Under the pieces are notes generated by a model. That model searched no databases. It saw nothing but the letters and a program-made list of their open reading frames with translations, and was not told the DNA's origin. DNA of 64,000 bases, taken from the NCBI RefSeq assembly GCF_009914755.1, contig NC_060926.1. The stretch is one strand, 5' to 3'. Source of the DNA: the human T2T-CHM13v2.0 reference genome, Homo sapiens. Both the position numbers and the translations under genes were made by a program. Positions 58,220-64,000 of the stretch are shown in pieces. The stretch's first letter is position 1; each line of letters starts with the position of its first letter.

Positions 58220-60344
58220 GTGAGTTCCCAGACCCTTCCCACCCCCACTGGGGCGCCGGCCTGCGCGCGAGTTGAGGCGAGGGCGCGCCCTGTTCCCGCC
58301 GGCCCCGGGGAGTAGTTGGCCCGTGGGTCGCGCCCGGGCCGGCCGAGGCGCACCCAGCGCCCAGCGCGCTCGGCTCCCCGCCCTGACCCGCCCCGCGCGG
58401 CGCCTCCCTCCATTCAGCTCGGGAAGGAGGAGAACCCGAGGGCTAGGCTGGGCCCCGGGAGAGTTTACTTTTTTTTCTGTTTTAAACAAAGTGCTTTCCG
58501 CCGGTTCTTCCCTCCGGGCGTGTTTGCTGGGACCCCGGCAGGTGGCACGCTTTGCTGAGCTTCACGTGTGTGTTTGGGGCTGGGGTGGCGTTCAGGGTCA
58601 CCGCAGCGCTGCTGTGGGTTTGCAGGGAGCGTAGTTCCAGGATGGTCTAGGCCTTTCCCAAACTCACGGTGCACCCCGTCTCCCCCGCAGACTGGCGCGC
58701 CCCGCACAAGTTGGAAAGCCACTTTCCATGTGTCCTGCATGACTTTCCCAGCAAGGCGGGGGCGCTCCTTAGGAGATACTTTTACATGCCTTTGAAAAAA
58801 AAAAAAAAAAAGATGGGGGTGGGGGCGGGAATTAACCAAACACCTGTTCGCTGGACTAGATCAGCTGAGAAAACAAGTCTGAGTGATGTGCCCAGCCCCC
58901 AAAGTACTCGGCCGCACCCGAGACCCGCTCGGCTCCTGCGTTGGGCGGGCACAGCCAAGGGGTTAAAGCAAAATGTCCGATCTGAGCCTGGACTTTGCAA
59001 ACAAGGTTTGTAAGGGACAACCCCCCACCGTAGCGGTAAACCTCCCAGGAGAAAGAGGAGACCGGCACTACTGGCCTCTCCTTTTATTTCTTAAACAGTG
59101 TTTGGTTCCCACATGATCGGCTATTTAAGCCGGAGAGGGTATTTTGGCGCTTAGTCGCCTTAATCGCTATGGGGTTGCATTCTTCATCTGTGCTACTGAA
59201 AAATAGGCTGTAGCAACAAAAGGTCTCCCCTCCCCACCCAGGCCTTGAGTTGAACTAAGGACCTTCCAGGACCAACAGACCGGAGAAAGCAAAGTGCAGC
59301 CACAGTGAAGAGATTTTGTGTTTAGGAGAGGCGAATGGGATTTTAGAACTGGAGGAAACCTCTTGATTTCAGCGGTTAACAACTTTGGAATTCGTGAATG
59401 TTGCAGCCCCTGAATTTTAGTCAGTTTTTTTTTTTTTCTGATAACACCTGCTAGGTGAAGCACAGAAATTAGCTGGGGGTGGGGAGGCTCTAGGAGGGTG
59501 GTCTGAGGCTATATGCCTGGCCAGCTGCTTATACTCTGCTTTCTCTCAGAAATAATTGTTGTTAAGCTGTAAATCTGAAATGAAAGGTTCCTGTTAACTC
59601 AGTTAATAGATGACGTTTATTGTCTCGGAATACTTGGTGTGTAGAATTTGAGCTTGTTAGTGCAGAAATGATTGTGGGCCAGCAGAGGGAATTCATTCTC
59701 CTGGGCATTCTCTCTCTGCACCAGAGCCCCACTGAAACCGGTGGCTTCCTTGAAATACTTGTTCAAGCAAAAAGTGTGAAGGGAAAGTACTGGGACAAGA
59801 AATATCCTGGCAGTGGAGATTTGCGAAACGTGACTTTGCCAGGAATCTGTGTCGTGAAGGTTAGCAGCATGCTTGCTAAAACTTGTTACTGCTGCTGGGC
59901 TTCTCTGGTATTAGAGCTGAGGCAACTCCTCCCGAGGTAAGGATAAGCCTGCAATGGGGTCTGATGCCTTCTAGGAAAGCTCTTCTTAGCAGCTGACAGA
60001 GGGGAGAGGCCCCGTATAAGGAGACTGTATGTTTCCTAGAGTCCAAAGGCAGTGACCACACTTTAAAGAGGCTGTGGTTTATGTCACGTGCTGCCCACCT
60101 CCATGCTTTTGTAAAGCTTTATTCCAGCTTCAGGAATAGCATTGGTCTTCCCAGGAGAACCAGCACACACAGGCCATAGCACAGGTCAGTTGTCAACCTT
60201 TGACAGTAAATAATGTGGGTGTAAATGGCAGAGCCAGTAAGACTGAGAAAACTTCTGGACCAGCTTCCTAAACTCTATGGAAAAACTCAGTGGGGGTCTT
60301 TCAGGGACCTGGTGGGAGAGAGACCTAAGCTGAGATTCCTTCTC

Positions 60345-60510
60345 GGCCTTTTATTAGCAGCTGTTAATTTACTTTGAGCTTTAATTTCTTTATCTGTAAA
60401 ATGGAGATATTACTGCTTACTGGGGTTATTATGAGGATTAAGAGATAATATGCAAAGTGCTTAATGCCTGCCTGGCATGGGTACTTGCTGACTAAATGGT
60501 AGCTGTTAAT
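60345..60510 (+). mobile_element. MIR SINE
   Basis: tttctttatctgtaaaatggagata...ggggttattatgaggattaagagataatatgcaaagtgcttaa...gcctggcatgg. Confidence 0.75.
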
Positions 60511-63500
60511 GATCATTTAAAAAGCAGTAATTGTGTACCTACTGTGTGTCAGGTACCTTACAAGGTGTCTTAAACATTCTGTGATTCTAAGATTGCCTGA
60601 GAGTAAAGCCAAAGGTGGTTGTTTTTGGGTAATGATATTTTAAACTCAGTCATATTTATGAAACCCATGTTCAAAGCAACTTAACTTTAATAGGTCTTAA
60701 TTAGACTTATAACAAAAGTGAGTTTAATGAACAGAGGACTTTGAGGAAGGAGAAGTAAAATATCAGATGCATGGGACGGTCAGATAAAAGCACGATCATA
60801 GAAGACCTATCATAAATTTTTGTAGTTCAAATTTTCTATAGTGCCTTTAACTATTCAGTCACATTTTAAACTCCAGTTATGACTTTTGCAGAATAATATT
60901 GTGTCAGAGAGCCCCAAAACATGTCGGGTGTTCCTAAAGCTTTGGAGACTATAAAATTGAAGTAGATACCATAAACTTCATCCAGGTTTTCAGGCTGTAT
61001 ATTAAAGAAGTTTCGGACTCCAAAAGATTACTCAATGGTCAGCCAAGTTGGTCCGCCGAGTGACTGAGGTCAGGGTCTGAGCACCTTGGACTCTTTAATT
61101 TCTCTTAGGTAGTTAAGATTGAGTCATTCCCAGAGGTGGAAGGTATGTGATGATGACTGTGGGTATATCCAGCCTATGAATCATCACTCTTAGCTCTTCT
61201 GGGAAGAGATGGATCTATATATGATCACAGGGAAGAACCTAGAAGAAGGAGATCTATAAGAGATAGTCTTATGAAGTCATTTTGGATTTCTGCCAACCCT
61301 CATTTTCTTCTTTATGGGGTCTCTCTCTCTGACCACCACTGTCTTCCAGAAATGCTCCAGGCCCGCGGTCTGTTCTGTTCTGACCCTTACTAGGTTTGTT
61401 CTTGACTTTTCTCAGACTTGTCATGTTCCATCTCTTAAAATCATATTTTCTGAACTAGAGATCATCTAGTCCAACTGCCTCTTTTTACAGATGAAGAAAC
61501 TGAAGCTGAAAGTTCAGCTTGAGCAGAATCTTAACAGAATGTGGATTTGAATCTCTGACCCATGCTCATGCCATTTTTAAATGGAAAAGCCAGAAATGTT
61601 CTTCAGACCTAGAGAAATCGGCAAGCATCTGAATTTTGGAAGTGTACTATATTGTGTTGATTTATCAAACTGCTTCCCATATGCATAGGTCAGGGCTATC
61701 TATTTAAATATTGGTGCCTGGACTCTTACTATTGACTCTATTCCAGCTGGCCTTGGAACAAGTTCTGGGTCCGTCCTTCTTTGCCTGCCTCCACCCCATT
61801 CCCTTCTGAAAAAGCCCAGTGAAGTGTGGCTGTAGCTAGCCAAGAATCAGAGCTGTATTCAGGATGTGTACCTAAGCACTTGCTTCCTTGCATTTATTCA
61901 CTCGGAGTGCCATGTGGCCCAGGGCCATCTTCCAGGGATTGCTGGGTCACCTTGAATGCTAAGAGTAGAGAAAAAGCCAAAACGGGCAGCGAGACTTACA
62001 GGAAGTCTTAGGACTCTGCAAGAAAGCAGAAATAGGCAAGTTTAATTTTAACACAGGCTGGTGTGAGACCAAGTAATGACAGGGTTGGGGAAAAAAAGGG
62101 TCAAAGTATTTATATGGTATAAATAATTTGTTGGGGAAGTCAGGTTAAATGCTTATATAAAAGGATTCCTTTATTATAAAGAAGTGGTTATTCTGTGTTC
62201 TCAGTTATATAGACTCTCTTAGCATAACAATATATTGAGATTTAATTTAAGCTTTCATAACCAAATAGTACCAGAATTATGGCGCATGGTTTCCTGAAGA
62301 CCTCGGCTCAACATATTACTGTGGACAGTGAGGCCAGTGAATTATTTGGTATTTTCAAGAGGGACAGTGAGACAAAACAGAAAATACTGTTGTAAGCTTA
62401 GATGACAGGGTCAATTGTGCCTGAAACACTGATTTAGTGCTGAATCAGCCCATTTTAAGAATATAATCATAGCTTAAGAACCAGTTTAAAATTTCCCCAT
62501 CCTACACTAAAGCAATGTCTTTAACTCCTTTGGATGTCTGTAGCACATTGTGTCTGACAATTCTGATGTTTTGTGCTAAACTGTGATCCACTATCTTTAG
62601 GACATGATCTAATCTCTCCCAACTGGATTGTAGGTTATGTGAGGGCAGGGGTCTTACATTCATTTCTTTGCCTGCTAGCACCTAGCATATGCCTTGCAAA
62701 TACAATAGAGACTGATATTATACACTGAGTTTAACCTGTGACATCAACTCTTCCTGCTGAGGGTGGAGAGAGGGAGAAATCCCTTTCTTTAACCCTTTGC
62801 CCTTCCTTGCTCAGGCCTTGGTGTCTTCTGCCTCTGAGGAAACGGAATCTGTAAGCTTAGCAAAGAAACGCACAAGACGTTAATTCTTGGTTTTTGATTT
62901 TTCAAAGGCGGGGGGTTCCAGCTAAGGGATTTTCATGAGTGTTTGTAAATTTCACCTGGCTTTTGCCCTAAAGGCAGACTTTAGAACCTAACCCCAGAAA
63001 TACAGGCTGACCTACACTGCAGTGGGTACTCGGGACTTGCTGAGGTGGTTGGTTGTTATGAGGCTGGACAGAGAAGGATGACTGTGGAATAGAGATCTTT
63101 CTGAAAGCAACTTGACAGGGGTGTGGGGGTCAAATGGAAGTGTGCAGTACACGTGTGAAGTCACTTGTGAATTGATAGCGGCAGGTTTATTTCTTCAAGG
63201 ATAGTAAGGGAATCTTGGATATATTTAACTCTTTCGGTAGGATGGTGGGAAGGCTGCTTACCTGCTCCGGGGGTGAGCCTAGGAGCCATAGCATGGGATC
63301 TGGGGATCTGTGTAGCACCCCCGCTGGCTCCTGGGAGGATGGTAAAGATTACGTACTGCAGCAGTGGGAAGTGGACGTAGTCTCAGCCCCCGGTGCCCAT
63401 CTTCCCTTTCTGGGCTTGGGTACAACTCTGGAATCAAATAACTTTATATCTGGAAGGAAGCTTAGGGGTTCTGAAACCTGGCTGGTCTTCAGGGTAACTA

Positions 63501-63950
63501 CTTGGGCAACCTTTTATAAAAGTGTGATTCTCAGCCCAGCCTAGATCTGTTACGTCAGTTTCCATAAGTGTGCTCCAAGAAGCTGTTCTTAAAGTCTTCT
63601 TCGTTTGAGTCAGACTAGCTTTTCTCCTTTACACAGAAGGCAGAGTGTAATGTAGTGACTAAGAGCAGAGCCTAGAGCCAGGTAGGATCAAACCCTTTTC
63701 TGCCATTGACTAGCTATGATTTTGTGCAGGATTCCTAACCTTCCTAGGCCTTCCTGCCTTCAGCTGTGAAGCTAGTATCCTCGCACATTAGAATAGTCCT
63801 GGTCCAGAGTGAGCATTTTGTGTTTGTTAAATAGATGAGGAAACCAAGGCTGTAAGAGGTGCAGTGGTGGCGGCATGTCTAGCAAACTTGGTCTTCAATC
63901 TGCATCTTCCCTGCTTCCCGGCCTGTGCTGTGTATGTGCTTTCTCCTTTT

Positions 63951-63992
63951 AGGTTTGGTTTTCATCACGTTTAAAGGTTTGGTTTTCATCAC
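63951..63992. repeat. Short direct repeat AGGTTTGGTTTTCATCAC x2 (period 24)
   Basis: Exact 18-bp copies at 63951-63968 and 63975-63992. Confidence 0.88.
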
Positions 63993-64000
63993 ATTCTCCC

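Larger units (their letters stand above)
57560..59060. promoter_or_regulatory. ITGA6: CpG island spanning the ITGA6 promoter, exon 1 and start of intron 1
   Basis: Sharp rise in GC content and CpG density relative to the CpG-depleted flanks; boundaries estimated by eye. Confidence 0.92.
58220..64000 (+). other. ITGA6: ITGA6 intron 1 (continues beyond the window)
   Basis: Starts at the GTGAGT donor; no exon-2 sequence (LLVGAP...) seen in the window. Confidence 0.9.

Noticed and set aside
57585-58223. 212-aa ORF as a complete protein
   Set aside because: Only the last 61 codons are ITGA6; the start is non-ATG and upstream of the TSS, and the stop lies within the splice donor.
57846-59068. Multiple antisense and alternative-frame ORFs in the CpG island
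   Set aside because: Expected from stop-codon scarcity at very high GC content; Arg/Gly/Pro/Ala-biased composition.
63871-63893. Possible p53/p63 response element (CGGCATGTCT-agc-AAACTTGGTC)
   Set aside because: Mismatches in both half-sites and a 3-bp spacer, within probable MIR-derived sequence; too weak to call.

Overview
Primate genomic DNA, almost certainly human chromosome 2q31.1. About 57.5 kb of repeat-rich intergenic sequence is followed by the CpG-island promoter, first coding exon and first ~5.8 kb of intron 1 of ITGA6 (integrin alpha-6, CD49f) on the + strand. The only supportable protein-coding segment is ITGA6 exon 1 (58038-58219). The other listed ORFs are explained by Alu, L1, LTR or simple-repeat sequence, GC-richness or chance. 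The intergenic part holds about 23 Alu copies or fragments, five solo LTRs with recognisable target-site duplications (TSDs), L1 3' fragments, DNA-transposon fossils and MIR/L2 remnants. I found no previously undescribed gene system. The most notable items are local regulatory or structural oddities: a ~460-bp palindromic purine-pyrimidine repeat with nine CACGTG E-boxes beside an AP-1 cluster, an AP-1 cluster built by duplication ~2.5-2.9 kb upstream of the TSS, promoter G-quadruplex motifs, two Alus inserted at the same site of a MER41A LTR, and a fold-back MER47-like element. Repeat subfamily names come from recalled consensus sequences, not from a RepeatMasker run.
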